Shown here piece by piece: positions 10,017 through 18,498 of a stretch of 64,000 nucleotides of DNA. A model generated the notes under the pieces. The model was not told the DNA's origin. It made no database searches and worked only from the letters and a program-made list of their open reading frames with translations. The DNA is taken from contig CAVWRP010000014.1 in NCBI GenBank assembly GCA_963757345.1, positions 194,542 through 258,541 of the forward strand. The letters are read 5' to 3'. The position numbers and the translations under genes were made by a program. Source of the DNA: Terriglobia bacterium (GTDB lineage Bacteria; Acidobacteriota; Terriglobia; Bryobacterales; Bryobacteraceae). Within the stretch, counting starts at the first letter, position 1, and each line of letters begins with the position of its first letter.

Positions 10017-12527
10017 ATGACCTCCGTCCTTGAGACTCTTTGGCAAGACCTCGCGTACGCTGCGAGAATTTTTCGCCTAAACAAGGCATTCTTTGTCATT
10101 GCGGCATTGTCGCTTGCCCTGGGTATCGGGGCCAACACGGCGATCTTTCAACTTTTGGATGCCGTGCGATTGCGTGCGCTGCCGGTGGTGCGTGCGAACG
10201 AACTCGGCGAACTTCAAATCGCGAAGCAGGATCACTGCTGCTCAGGAAACTTCAGCGATCGCCATCCCAACCTTACATACGCGCAGTGGGAACAGATCCG
10301 CGATCATCAGCAGGCTTTCTCGAGTATTTTCGCCTGGGGTGATGCGCGTTTCAACATGGCCGACGCCGGCGAGCCGCGATTTGCTCAAGGGATATGGGTA
10401 ACGGGCGATTTCTTTAAGACACTCGCAGTCCGTCCGCTACTTGGAAGGCTGATCTCGAGCAACGACGACAAGCGGGGATGTGGTTCCCCCGGAGTGGTCA
10501 TCAGCAATGCCTTTTGGCAGCGCGAATTCGCAGGCGATCCATCGGTGATCGGCAGGCAGGTTTCGCTCGAAGGGCACAAGTTTGGGATCTCTGGCATAAC
10601 TCCTGCGAGTTTCTTTGGTGTCGAGGTAGGCAAGAACTTCGACGTCGCCGTGCCGGTTTGTGCCGAAGCACTGATCGACGGCAAAAACGAACACATTTCC
10701 AGAAGGAGCGACTGGTGGCTCGCTGTGGTCGGCCGGCTGAAGCCCGGCTGGACAATCGCCCGTGCGACCTCCCAGGCGGAGGCGATTTCTCCGGCCGTCT
10801 TCGGAAGTACAGTTCCTCTGAATTATCGGCCGGATCAGGCAGGTTGGTACGCCAAGTACAAATTAACTGTGAAGCCCGCGGGTCTAGGAGCCTCGTCGTT
10901 GCGGGAGAGCTATCAAGAGCCGCTTCTTTTGCTGCTTGGGATTGCCGGCCTGGTGCTATTGATAGCCTGTTCGAATCTTGCGAATCTCATGCTTGCCAGG
11001 GCCAGCACGAGGGAACGCGAAATGGCGGTGCGATTGGCCGTAGGCGCAAGCCGCTCCAGGCTTGTTCGCCAGCTCCTGGTCGAAAGCCTCGCTCTGGCGG
11101 CTGTGGGGTCGGCACTGGGCGCTTTTCTCGCACAGTTTCTCACCCGCTACCTGGTTTCGTTTCTAAGCACGGGAGATGATCCTCTGTTCGTCAATCTTGC
11201 TTCGGACTGGCGTGTGCTCGGGTTCACTGCCGCACTCGCCGTGCTTACTTGCCTCCTGTTCGGTTTGACGCCTGCTCTCCGTGCTACGCGCACAGATCCG
11301 GCATCTGCCATGAAATCGGCAGGACGCAGTGTAACGGCAGACAGGCAAAGATTCGGCACACGCCGCGCCCTGGTCGTCAGCCAGGTTGCACTCTCTCTGG
11401 TATTGCTCGTTGGCGCATTACTTTTCGTGCGCAGCTTGCGGAATCTGCTCACAGTGGACGCCGGCTTTCGCCGGGACGGGTTATTGATCGTCGGTGTTGA
11501 CGCTTCGCGCCTGACGACGTCTCCTGAACGGCGTTCCGTGTTGTATCGGGATTTGCTTACTGATGTTCGTCAAACACCCGGCGTTCAGCAGGCGGGAAGC
11601 GTTGCCATCGTTCCAGTGAGCGGAAGCGGGTGGAACGACTCGATCGAAATTCCTGGCCAGTCCAAGAAAAAGGACCTGCTGCCGTGGTTCAACCGTGTCA
11701 GCGCGGGTTATTTCCGTGCCATGGGGACACCAATCATTGCAGGCCGCGATTTCGATGAGCGTGATACGACGCGCGCTCCCGAAGTTGCCATTGTCAGCAA
11801 GAGATTTGCCGATAAGTTTCTCGATAAAGCCAACCCGATTGGTCACCAGATTCGGGTTCTCACAGGCCCGGGCGAACCAACGCACCTCTACCAGATCGTT
11901 GGTATGGTCAGCGACTCAAAGTATCAACGCTTGCAAGATGATTTTGTACCGGTCGTCTTCGTAGCGGCAACACAGGAAAAAGATCCGAGCCTCGGCATTA
12001 GCCTCGTTGTACGATCCAATGCGGCACTAGGGTCCCTGATGCCAGCGCTCAAGAAAACAATATTGACCAGAAATGCCGTCCTCTCGTTCCAGTTTCATGT
12101 GTTCCAAACCCAGGTGCAGGAATCATTGATGCGCGAAAGGCTCATGGCAACCCTTTCCGGCTTCTTCGGGTTTTTGGCCGCTGTCCTTGCGGTAGTGGGA
12201 CTATATGGCGTCATCTCCTACATGGTGGCCCGGCGGCGTGGGGAAATCGGGATTCGCATCGCGTTGGGGGCGAGCCGTAGAGAAATCGTGAAGCTCGTGG
12301 CTCGTGAAGCTGGTTTCCTGATCGGGGCCGGGCTTATCGTCGGAACGGCTCTGGCTGCCGCAACCGCACGCTTTGCCAGTTCTCTGCTCTATGGACTCAA
12401 GCCGACGGATCCAGCGACGATAGCCGCTGCGATCGCAGGTTTGGCCGTTGTTGCCGCCGCTGCCAGTATCCTTCCTGCGATGCGCGCCGCCCGAGTTCAG
12501 CCCATGACCGCGCTTCGCGAAGAGTAA
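10017..12527 (+). CDS. ADOP-family duplicated FtsX/MacB-type ABC transporter permease
   Basis: 836 aa, a paralog of 6763..9483 (ALSLALGIGANTAIFQL ... VQPMTALREE). It is divergently transcribed from padR. Confidence 0.9.
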   Translation: MTSVLETLWQDLAYAARIFRLNKAFFVIAALSLALGIGANTAIFQLLDAVRLRALPVVRANELGELQIAKQDHCCSGNFSDRHPNLTYAQWEQIRDHQQAFSSIFAWGDARFNMADAGEPRFAQGIWVTGDFFKTLAVRPLLGRLISSNDDKRGCGSPGVVISNAFWQREFAGDPSVIGRQVSLEGHKFGISGITPASFFGVEVGKNFDVAVPVCAEALIDGKNEHISRRSDWWLAVVGRLKPGWTIARATSQAEAISPAVFGSTVPLNYRPDQAGWYAKYKLTVKPAGLGASSLRESYQEPLLLLLGIAGLVLLIACSNLANLMLARASTREREMAVRLAVGASRSRLVRQLLVESLALAAVGSALGAFLAQFLTRYLVSFLSTGDDPLFVNLASDWRVLGFTAALAVLTCLLFGLTPALRATRTDPASAMKSAGRSVTADRQRFGTRRALVVSQVALSLVLLVGALLFVRSLRNLLTVDAGFRRDGLLIVGVDASRLTTSPERRSVLYRDLLTDVRQTPGVQQAGSVAIVPVSGSGWNDSIEIPGQSKKKDLLPWFNRVSAGYFRAMGTPIIAGRDFDERDTTRAPEVAIVSKRFADKFLDKANPIGHQIRVLTGPGEPTHLYQIVGMVSDSKYQRLQDDFVPVVFVAATQEKDPSLGISLVVRSNAALGSLMPALKKTILTRNAVLSFQFHVFQTQVQESLMRERLMATLSGFFGFLAAVLAVVGLYGVISYMVARRRGEIGIRIALGASRREIVKLVAREAGFLIGAGLIVGTALAAATARFASSLLYGLKPTDPATIAAAIAGLAVVAAAASILPAMRAARVQPMTALREE

Positions 12528-12540
12528 GAGTCAACTCAAC

Positions 12541-13404
12541 TCAGTTAGACTTTTCTTCCATGGGACGCTTTAAATGAGGTGTCTCGGTCTCCGCAGTGCA
12601 ATTCGTCAGACCATGGATCCATTGCAGCGGGTTGATCGGTTGCCCGTTGGCATATAGCGTCCAGTGGAGGTGGGGTCCGGTAGAGCGCCCTGTCGAGCCT
12701 ACATACCCGACCACGTCGCCCTCCTTGACCTGGTCGCCTTCCTTTACAGTGAACTTGGACATGTGCAGGTAGATGGACTCGAGTCCCTGCCCATGATCGA
12801 CTGCCACTGTGCCGCCCCGCAGTTCAAACTGCCGGACGATTTTGACGGTGCCCGCAGCAACCGAATGAATTGGGCTTCCGAAGGGTCCGCGCTGATCGAG
12901 GCCCGCGTGATATTCTCCCGTGGGCTTGCCGTTATGCAATCGAGTAACACCAAAAGGGGAAGTGATACAGCCCGGAATCGGCGCCTCGAAGGGTTCCTGC
13001 CAGTGTCTTTCTGACGAAACGTCCTTCAAAAACGCTCCCACAGTTGCCCTCTCATCTGAAGTCGATCGCAACGCCGAGAGAGCTTTGGTCAGAACCACGT
13101 TCTGCTTTCTGTAATGCGCGTTCAAAACGGCGATTTCCGAAGTTTTCAGCGCCGCGCCATTCTTGTCAAGCCACTTCAGTTCGTAGGTTCCCGGCCTGGC
13201 GATTACGCCGACAGGCATCAGCCCCAGCGTTAAGCCATCCGCTTGAGTAAACAGCCGGATGGTCCGGTGATTGAGCTCAGCATTCGCTGCCGCTGTGCTG
13301 CCATAGACCTTCAGCACCTGTCCCTGTTTTACGTCCGGCGGCTCGACCCGAAACTCTTCGCCAAACATGCATAGCGAAAAAAAGCAGATCCACAGGTAGC
13401 GCAC
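12541..13404 (-). CDS. M23 (LytM-type) metallopeptidase
   Basis: HAGLDQRGPFGSPIHSVAAGTV...VDHGQGLESIYLHMS...GYVGSTGRSTGPHLHW carries the HxxxD and HxH M23 motifs. The start is uncertain: GTG 13404 gives a signal-like VRYLWICFFSLCMFG, and ATG 13485 or 13641 would overlap the upstream gene. Confidence 0.8.
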   Translation of the reverse strand: MRYLWICFFSLCMFGEEFRVEPPDVKQGQVLKVYGSTAAANAELNHRTIRLFTQADGLTLGLMPVGVIARPGTYELKWLDKNGAALKTSEIAVLNAHYRKQNVVLTKALSALRSTSDERATVGAFLKDVSSERHWQEPFEAPIPGCITSPFGVTRLHNGKPTGEYHAGLDQRGPFGSPIHSVAAGTVKIVRQFELRGGTVAVDHGQGLESIYLHMSKFTVKEGDQVKEGDVVGYVGSTGRSTGPHLHWTLYANGQPINPLQWIHGLTNCTAETETPHLKRPMEEKSN

Positions 13405-13438
13405 CAGTCCAGGATAGCGGCAGGACTGCGATGCGAAG

Positions 13439-14473
13439 TTACCGCGTGAGCACCTGTTCAAAGAAGGCGAGGGCGCGCGGATCATTCGATTGCCCCAACC
13501 AGAAGAATGCCTGCTTGCGAACCTCGGGATTCTTCTGTGTCCTGGCGATCTCGATGAGTTTGGGAACGCCTTCGTCTTTCGGCAACTGGGACATGGCGAA
13601 TACGGCTTTCTTGCGAACCTCAGTGTCCGGATCGTTCTCAATAGCGTTCTGAATCGTAGCCGCCGACCTTACGCCGGCCTTTTGAGCGAGCCAGAAAAGA
13701 GCCTGGCTGCGCACGTGAGGAGTGGGATCGTGCTCGGCAGTCTCGATCAACGTTCGCATGGCTTCGGGGTCCTTGTTGATCGAGAGCGCGAAGACAGCCT
13801 TTTCCCGGACTTGATCGCTTGGATCATGCGCAACTATATCCTTGAGGATCGCCACCCCTTTAGACCCGCGACTTGCACCGATCCAGAATGTGGCTTTTTC
13901 CCGCAATTCAACAAGTTCACCCGGACGTGTCAACCTTTTCAAGATTTCGTCGGCTTGGGGCGTGTCATGAAGGGAAATCGCAAGAAGAGATCCGTCGGTG
14001 ATGTGGTTTCCGCGATCCCCTTGCGCGAGCTTTTCCAGATATGCGAGGCTGGCGTCTGCCGGAACGCCGGTGAGCCACACGAATCGAAGATTGCCCGCAT
14101 CGAGCGGGCAACTCAGAGAGAAGACGCGCACTTTCATGACGTCGTTGTTCTGCACCCGAAGCAGAATTTCCACGGTATCTGAACCTTCGAGCGGAATGGG
14201 AGTATTGGTTTTTACCGAACTAAAACGGTTGTCATTCTTATTCTCGAGAAAGCAACCGCTGCGACCATCGTCATAGCAGCAGCTGTCATGATCTCCACGC
14301 ATGGTCTTAACCGCATAGCCGAACCACGATCCCTCAGACGAGCGCAACGCAGCACTCAAGTCACCGGAGAACGGCCGTGACTCAAAGCGCGCATTCGAAA
14401 CGCTCGGCTGCGGTACGCTTTGTGCAAACAAGCTCGCCGCGCATCCGAAAAATACTGGAAGCAGGCTCCTCAC
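13439..14473 (-). CDS. Secreted protein with Cys-containing N-domain and C-terminal HEAT repeats
   Basis: Signal peptide MRSLLPVFFGCAASLFAQS. Repeated HEAT-like units are present (DPSDQVREKAVFALS, DPTPHVRSQALFWLAQ, DPDTEVRKKAVFAMSQ, NPEVRKQAFFWLGQ). The GTG start overlaps the upstream stop (GTGA). Confidence 0.8.
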   Translation of the reverse strand: MRSLLPVFFGCAASLFAQSVPQPSVSNARFESRPFSGDLSAALRSSEGSWFGYAVKTMRGDHDSCCYDDGRSGCFLENKNDNRFSSVKTNTPIPLEGSDTVEILLRVQNNDVMKVRVFSLSCPLDAGNLRFVWLTGVPADASLAYLEKLAQGDRGNHITDGSLLAISLHDTPQADEILKRLTRPGELVELREKATFWIGASRGSKGVAILKDIVAHDPSDQVREKAVFALSINKDPEAMRTLIETAEHDPTPHVRSQALFWLAQKAGVRSAATIQNAIENDPDTEVRKKAVFAMSQLPKDEGVPKLIEIARTQKNPEVRKQAFFWLGQSNDPRALAFFEQVLTR

Positions 14474-15681
14474 TTCAAGAGCTCCATCATGTAATCCGTG
14501 ACTTCTTTCGATTGGACAAGGGACATTTTAGAGACGATCTCCTTTTTCATCTGGGGATCCTTTTCTCGTCGCGCAAGCGCGACCAGCGCTTTCCCGTCCT
14601 GTTGAATGAATAATGCATTCAGCACGGCTTTTCGAACACCCGGATCTTTATCGTTTTCGAAAATAGAAACCAAAGTGTCGGGCTGACCATTACCTCCCAT
14701 TAGTCCTAGCGACTTGATCGCGGCAACACGCAGCTCCGGATTGCTATCGCTTTTTGCAATCTCCGCCAGTCGTCCGGATTTTCCGCTCAGAAACATCGAT
14801 TCGAGAATCGCCCGGCGATCGTCCACCGAGTTGTCCGATTGGTAAAGCTGCCAGAGTTGCTCGTCTCCTCCGGTAAGAGCGAGCTGCCGGATTGCGTCGC
14901 GTCGCAGTTGCGGATCGGTTTCTGTTTTCGCTACACGCACCAGGGAGTCGCGCGCACCGGATTGCATAAAGCTCTGCAATATCGTCTTCTTGATACGGGC
15001 ATCCGAGGAAGCGCCGTAAATAGAAATCAGTTGTTTCTGGGAATCTTCGCCGCCCATCATGCCCATCGCGCGGATTGCTTTCACTTGAAGATCGGGATTC
15101 GTTTTGCCTGCCGCAATGCTGCTGAGCATCTTGGTCGCCTCCGGAGATGGATTCTGAGTGAGCACGAAAAGGGCCCGTTCCTTTACGCGCTCAGAGTTAT
15201 TGCTCGTCAGCACCTTCTCGACGACCGGGAACGCCGCCGAAGGATTCGATTGCATCAGGCTATTCACTGCCATCAGCTTCAAGTCATCATCCGGTTCAGC
15301 ACTCGGACTTACGGGCGAGCCGTTTTGCGTTCGCACTTCCAGATCGAGTGCCCGGGCGTCTCTGAGCCAACGGCTGGAGGGATATTTGTCGCGCAATTGA
15401 GTCAGTGTTGTGAGCGCCGCCTCGCGATGCCCGGCGCGATTCTGCGCGTAAGCCTTCCAGTAGAGCGCGGCGTCGGCATTCGCCTTTCCATGGGCCACCG
15501 AGGCATTGAAGGATGTGATGGCCTGGTCCCATTGATGGGCGTCCAGTGCGCTCAAACCTGCCTGGTAATCGGCATCGTCGCGTCCGACCTGCTGGGCGTC
15601 GAAAGTGTAGAACGCCATTTGCGGTCTTTGTGCGTACACACAGGCAGCGGCTATCACTCCAAGAATCCAATTGCGAATCAT
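14470..15681 (-). CDS. Secreted protein with TPR-like N-domain and HEAT repeats
   Basis: Signal MIRNWILGVIAAACVYAQ, then a TPR-like segment (ALYWKAYAQNRAGHREAALTTLTQLRDKYPSSRW). HEAT-like units follow (NSERVKERALFVL, DPQLRRDAIRQLA, NPELRVAAIKSLG, DPGVRKAVLNAL). The ATGA overlaps the anti-sigma stop. Confidence 0.8.
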   Translation of the reverse strand: MIRNWILGVIAAACVYAQRPQMAFYTFDAQQVGRDDADYQAGLSALDAHQWDQAITSFNASVAHGKANADAALYWKAYAQNRAGHREAALTTLTQLRDKYPSSRWLRDARALDLEVRTQNGSPVSPSAEPDDDLKLMAVNSLMQSNPSAAFPVVEKVLTSNNSERVKERALFVLTQNPSPEATKMLSSIAAGKTNPDLQVKAIRAMGMMGGEDSQKQLISIYGASSDARIKKTILQSFMQSGARDSLVRVAKTETDPQLRRDAIRQLALTGGDEQLWQLYQSDNSVDDRRAILESMFLSGKSGRLAEIAKSDSNPELRVAAIKSLGLMGGNGQPDTLVSIFENDKDPGVRKAVLNALFIQQDGKALVALARREKDPQMKKEIVSKMSLVQSKEVTDYMMELLK

Positions 15682-16379
15682 AATTTCTGTCCTTTTTCCC
15701 GGGCATTCATGCTCGTCACACGAATTTTCCAGAGGAGCCCGTCGTCCTCCACACGTTTCTGCAGTTGTTTCAAATCGTCGCCCTTCGTTTCCCCGGGACC
15801 GTTTGCCAATACCAAAAGGATGCGTTCCAAATCGTCGAGCAGCGCGGCATGCGTTCGATCCCCCTGGTTGAGGGCGGTCTGGCGGAGCAGCCTATTCTCC
15901 GCAAGCAGGCTCTGTGCACGCTTCTGCTGGTCGCCTAGATCGGGCGCACCCGGATTGGCGTGTATCAGCTCGGCGAGCACAATCTGCGAGCGCTCCAGAT
16001 GGTCGCTCATCGAAATTAAGAGCGCTCGCTCCCGCGACCTATCCGGCAGGGCCGATGTGTGATGTCGTTCTGTCCAAACGCCGGCAAGGAAGGTAATAGT
16101 CAGCAGCGCCGCCAGAGCGGGCGCGAGAGCCCAAGCCCAATGCCACTTTTTCTTCTCAGCCTTCGCCGGGAGCTGAGGCGCCAGGCTGGCCCACAGTTCC
16201 TTCACATAGGACTCATTCCGTTCCGGTACGGGATATCCGCGCACGCTGCGCAGCATTTCCGACAATTGAGCCAAGCGCGCTCTGCATTCGCTGCAGCCGT
16301 CGAGATGCTCACGAAAACCGGCTGAAGGCGAGTCTTCATAAAAGACGTCAACAAGCTGTTCTTCAGAGAGATGGCTCAT
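15678..16379 (-). CDS. Anti-sigma factor (zf-HC2 type, single-pass membrane)
   Basis: N-terminal HLDGCSECRARLAQL (H-x3-C-x2-C), one hydrophobic helix (WAWALAPALAALLTITFLAGVW), and a position immediately after an ECF sigma gene with an ATGA overlap. Confidence 0.8.
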   Translation of the reverse strand: MSHLSEEQLVDVFYEDSPSAGFREHLDGCSECRARLAQLSEMLRSVRGYPVPERNESYVKELWASLAPQLPAKAEKKKWHWAWALAPALAALLTITFLAGVWTERHHTSALPDRSRERALLISMSDHLERSQIVLAELIHANPGAPDLGDQQKRAQSLLAENRLLRQTALNQGDRTHAALLDDLERILLVLANGPGETKGDDLKQLQKRVEDDGLLWKIRVTSMNAREKGQKL

Positions 16380-16954
16380 TTGGTGACCCCCCAGGCCGGC
16401 TCAAGCACGCGACGCAATTTTTGAACCGCACGAAAAACACTGTGTTTCGCGGCATTGGCTTGAACGCCGAGCGCTTGAGCAATTTCGTCTATGTCGCAAC
16501 CTTCGTAGTGCCGAAGGACGAAAGCCGTGCGTTCCATTTCGCTCAGCTGATTGAGCGCGGGTTCGATCATTCTGGCCAGCTGTTCGCTCTGACTCAGGCG
16601 CTCAGGTCCGGGTTGTGGGGCGGCTACGGCCTCGAGCCAATCCGTCGTTTGTTCCTCGCGAGGTTTGACTTTCACTTCTTTGCGGGTCTTTCGAGATCGC
16701 AGGAAGTCGAGCGAACAGTTGGCGCAGATTCGATACAGCCACGTTCCAAAAGATGATCTGCCATCAAAGCGATGGAGCTGCCGGTAAGCGCGGAGGAAAG
16801 TCTCCTGCACTAAATCTTCAGCGTCTTGTTCGTTGCCGCACATACGATATGCCAGGCGGAACACAGACCTGCCATGCCTCTCCACAAGTACACGAAAGGC
16901 AAGGTGATTACCCTTGCGCGCCTCATCGGCGGCCGCCTGGTCGGTCCATTCCAT
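16376..16954 (-). CDS. ECF-type RNA polymerase sigma-70 factor
   Basis: Region 2 (FRLAYRMCGNEQDAEDLVQETFLRAYRQLHRFD) and region 4 (LSEMERTAFVLRHYEGCDIDEIAQALGVQANAAKHSVFRAVQKLR). Confidence 0.92.
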   Translation of the reverse strand: MEWTDQAAADEARKGNHLAFRVLVERHGRSVFRLAYRMCGNEQDAEDLVQETFLRAYRQLHRFDGRSSFGTWLYRICANCSLDFLRSRKTRKEVKVKPREEQTTDWLEAVAAPQPGPERLSQSEQLARMIEPALNQLSEMERTAFVLRHYEGCDIDEIAQALGVQANAAKHSVFRAVQKLRRVLEPAWGVTK

Positions 16955-17007
16955 CCGGTCGGTCTTTAGACTAACGGATTTACCAGCGGTTAGCTGGAGT
17001 CGATAAG

Positions 17008-17044
17008 AAATAAAAAAGCCCGGCTCGAGAACATCGAACCGGGC
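17008..17044 (-). terminator. Rho-independent terminator after the Gly/Tyr-rich protein gene
   Basis: In minus sense, GCCCGGTTCGA-TGTTC-TCGAGCCGGGC forms an 11-bp stem (one G-U pair) with a 5-nt loop, followed by TTTTTTATTT. It lies 26 nt after the stop at 17070. Confidence 0.7.
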
Positions 17045-17069
17045 CTGACCTTACTATTTTTTGACGGGT

Positions 17070-18425
17070 TTAGTGGTGACCACCACCGCCGTGTCCGCCA
17101 CCCGAACCACCACCGTGAAAGCCGCCGGCCGAACCGTGGTAACCGCCTGCCGATCCACCATAACCACCTACTGGTCCACGATAACCGCCGCCGGCATAAC
17201 CGCGGTAAGCACTGCCCGCATAACCGCGATAACCGGCTCCGCCATAGCCGACATAGCCGTGTGGAGCGTAATAGTGCCCGCCCCAATATCCGCCGTGCGG
17301 ATACCAGCGACCACCCCCCCAGTAACCACCGCCATAGAAACCAAAGGAGGTTCCCCAATATGGATAACCCCAGCCCCATCCATAGTACGGATACGAATAA
17401 GCGTAGGGATAGGTATAAGCGTAGGGATACGCATCAGGGTATGTGTTGTAAACGGGTGCGGGCGGTGCCGCACTCTGGTACATCCCGTTCGGCGGGCCAT
17501 TGCCGTATGTAGGCCGATCATATTCGTTAGGCTGTATATACCGGAACGCCTGAGAGCTGTTCGCCGTGGAGAACGCGACCTGCGACTCCAGCTTGAAGGT
17601 GAGCACCTGCTCGGGATAAATGACGCTTGCGTGATTGTGCGTCACAAGGACGCCAATCAGTCCGACTGCCGCCCCCGCGCCTGCTCCAATGGCCGCCCCG
17701 GTTCCCCAACCGACAATCGCACCAATTGCCGCACCGGTAGCCGTGGTTGCAGCGACCGTACCTACTTCAGCACCGCCCGGTGTCGTGCCGCCTCGCCGGC
17801 TGACGAACTGAGTTACCACGGGAAGTTGCTGGCCATCGACCAATGTGATATTCGTCAGCGCCAGGCCCAATTGCGCAGGCTTATCGAAATGATGTTTTTC
17901 CGCCGTTACGACTCTGCCGCCGATTGTCTGGCCGGGCTCAGCGACGACCACACCGTTCACGACGATCGGTAGCACCAACGACGCAGTGAAGGCATCGCCA
18001 GGCTGATTCTTGTCCGACGAGAGCATTTGGTTCACTCGCACCGTCAAATACGTGCCAGCAGGAATGGTGATCTGCGCCGGAACGGGAGGAGGCGGAGGAT
18101 AGTTCTGCGGTTGATTCGCGTATGGCCCCGTGTTCGTGCCGGGATAGTTGTTCCTCGGAGCTTGGTTGACGTTCGCCGGGTAATTGCTCGGCGGCGATTG
18201 CTCGTTCGGATCCTGCGGGTCGGCGCTTAGAGGAACGGGTGTGTATACCTGCGACTGATCCCCAACGCGCTTCCACCCTCCAGTATTTGTTTGTTGCGGG
18301 CCGTTCGGAGCGGTGGATGGCTGGGGTGCACTGGTATCTTGGGCCAACAGCAACCCGGACGCCAGCAGACCTGCCAAAGTACCGCGCACTACGCGATTTG
18401 ATAAAAGAAAGTTGTTGCGTTTCAT
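17070..18425 (-). CDS. Secreted protein: P/Q/N-rich linker, beta-rich domain, glycine-zipper segment, extreme Gly/Tyr/His-rich C-terminal tail
   Basis: ATG 18425 gives MKRNNFLLSNRVVRGTLAGLLASGLLLAQD (signal). The mid domain is IPAGTYLTVRVNQMLSSDKNQPGDAFTASL. The glycine zipper is GAAIGAIVGWGTGAAIGAGAGAAVGLIG. The tail ends ...GYGGSAGGYHGSAGGFHGGGSGGGHGGGGHH. Confidence 0.8.
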   Translation of the reverse strand: MKRNNFLLSNRVVRGTLAGLLASGLLLAQDTSAPQPSTAPNGPQQTNTGGWKRVGDQSQVYTPVPLSADPQDPNEQSPPSNYPANVNQAPRNNYPGTNTGPYANQPQNYPPPPPVPAQITIPAGTYLTVRVNQMLSSDKNQPGDAFTASLVLPIVVNGVVVAEPGQTIGGRVVTAEKHHFDKPAQLGLALTNITLVDGQQLPVVTQFVSRRGGTTPGGAEVGTVAATTATGAAIGAIVGWGTGAAIGAGAGAAVGLIGVLVTHNHASVIYPEQVLTFKLESQVAFSTANSSQAFRYIQPNEYDRPTYGNGPPNGMYQSAAPPAPVYNTYPDAYPYAYTYPYAYSYPYYGWGWGYPYWGTSFGFYGGGYWGGGRWYPHGGYWGGHYYAPHGYVGYGGAGYRGYAGSAYRGYAGGGYRGPVGGYGGSAGGYHGSAGGFHGGGSGGGHGGGGHH

Positions 18426-18498
18426 ACGATCGTCCCACATCTAGACGCACCAGTGATAGCACGTTTGGTGCCAAATAAAAGTTAATATTTTCAGGTCT

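Noticed and set aside
14839-16062. Long antisense ORFs opposite well-supported genes: 14839..16062 (407 aa), 52722..53684 (320 aa), 38104..39123 (339 aa), 45251..46060 (269 aa), 17061..17972 (303 aa), and many 60-180 aa ORFs in the track.
   Set aside because: They are typical shadow ORFs of high-GC DNA. Their translations are Arg/Ala/Gly/Ser-rich with no motifs, and each lies opposite a gene with clear family signatures.
16955-17007. Possible ECF-type autoregulated promoter (AAC ... CGTT) upstream of the sigma gene at 16954.
   Set aside because: The spacing between the candidate AAC and CGTT elements is about 12 nt rather than the usual 16-17, so it is not convincing.
17073-17450. Short tandem-like DNA repeats (for example GCGTAGGGATA..GCGTAGGGATA, repeated GGTAACCGCC/GGATAACCGC-type units), considered as a possible CRISPR array or minisatellite.
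   Set aside because: They are the coding-strand consequence of the Gly/Tyr-rich peptide repeats. They have no spacer/repeat regularity and lie inside an ORF.
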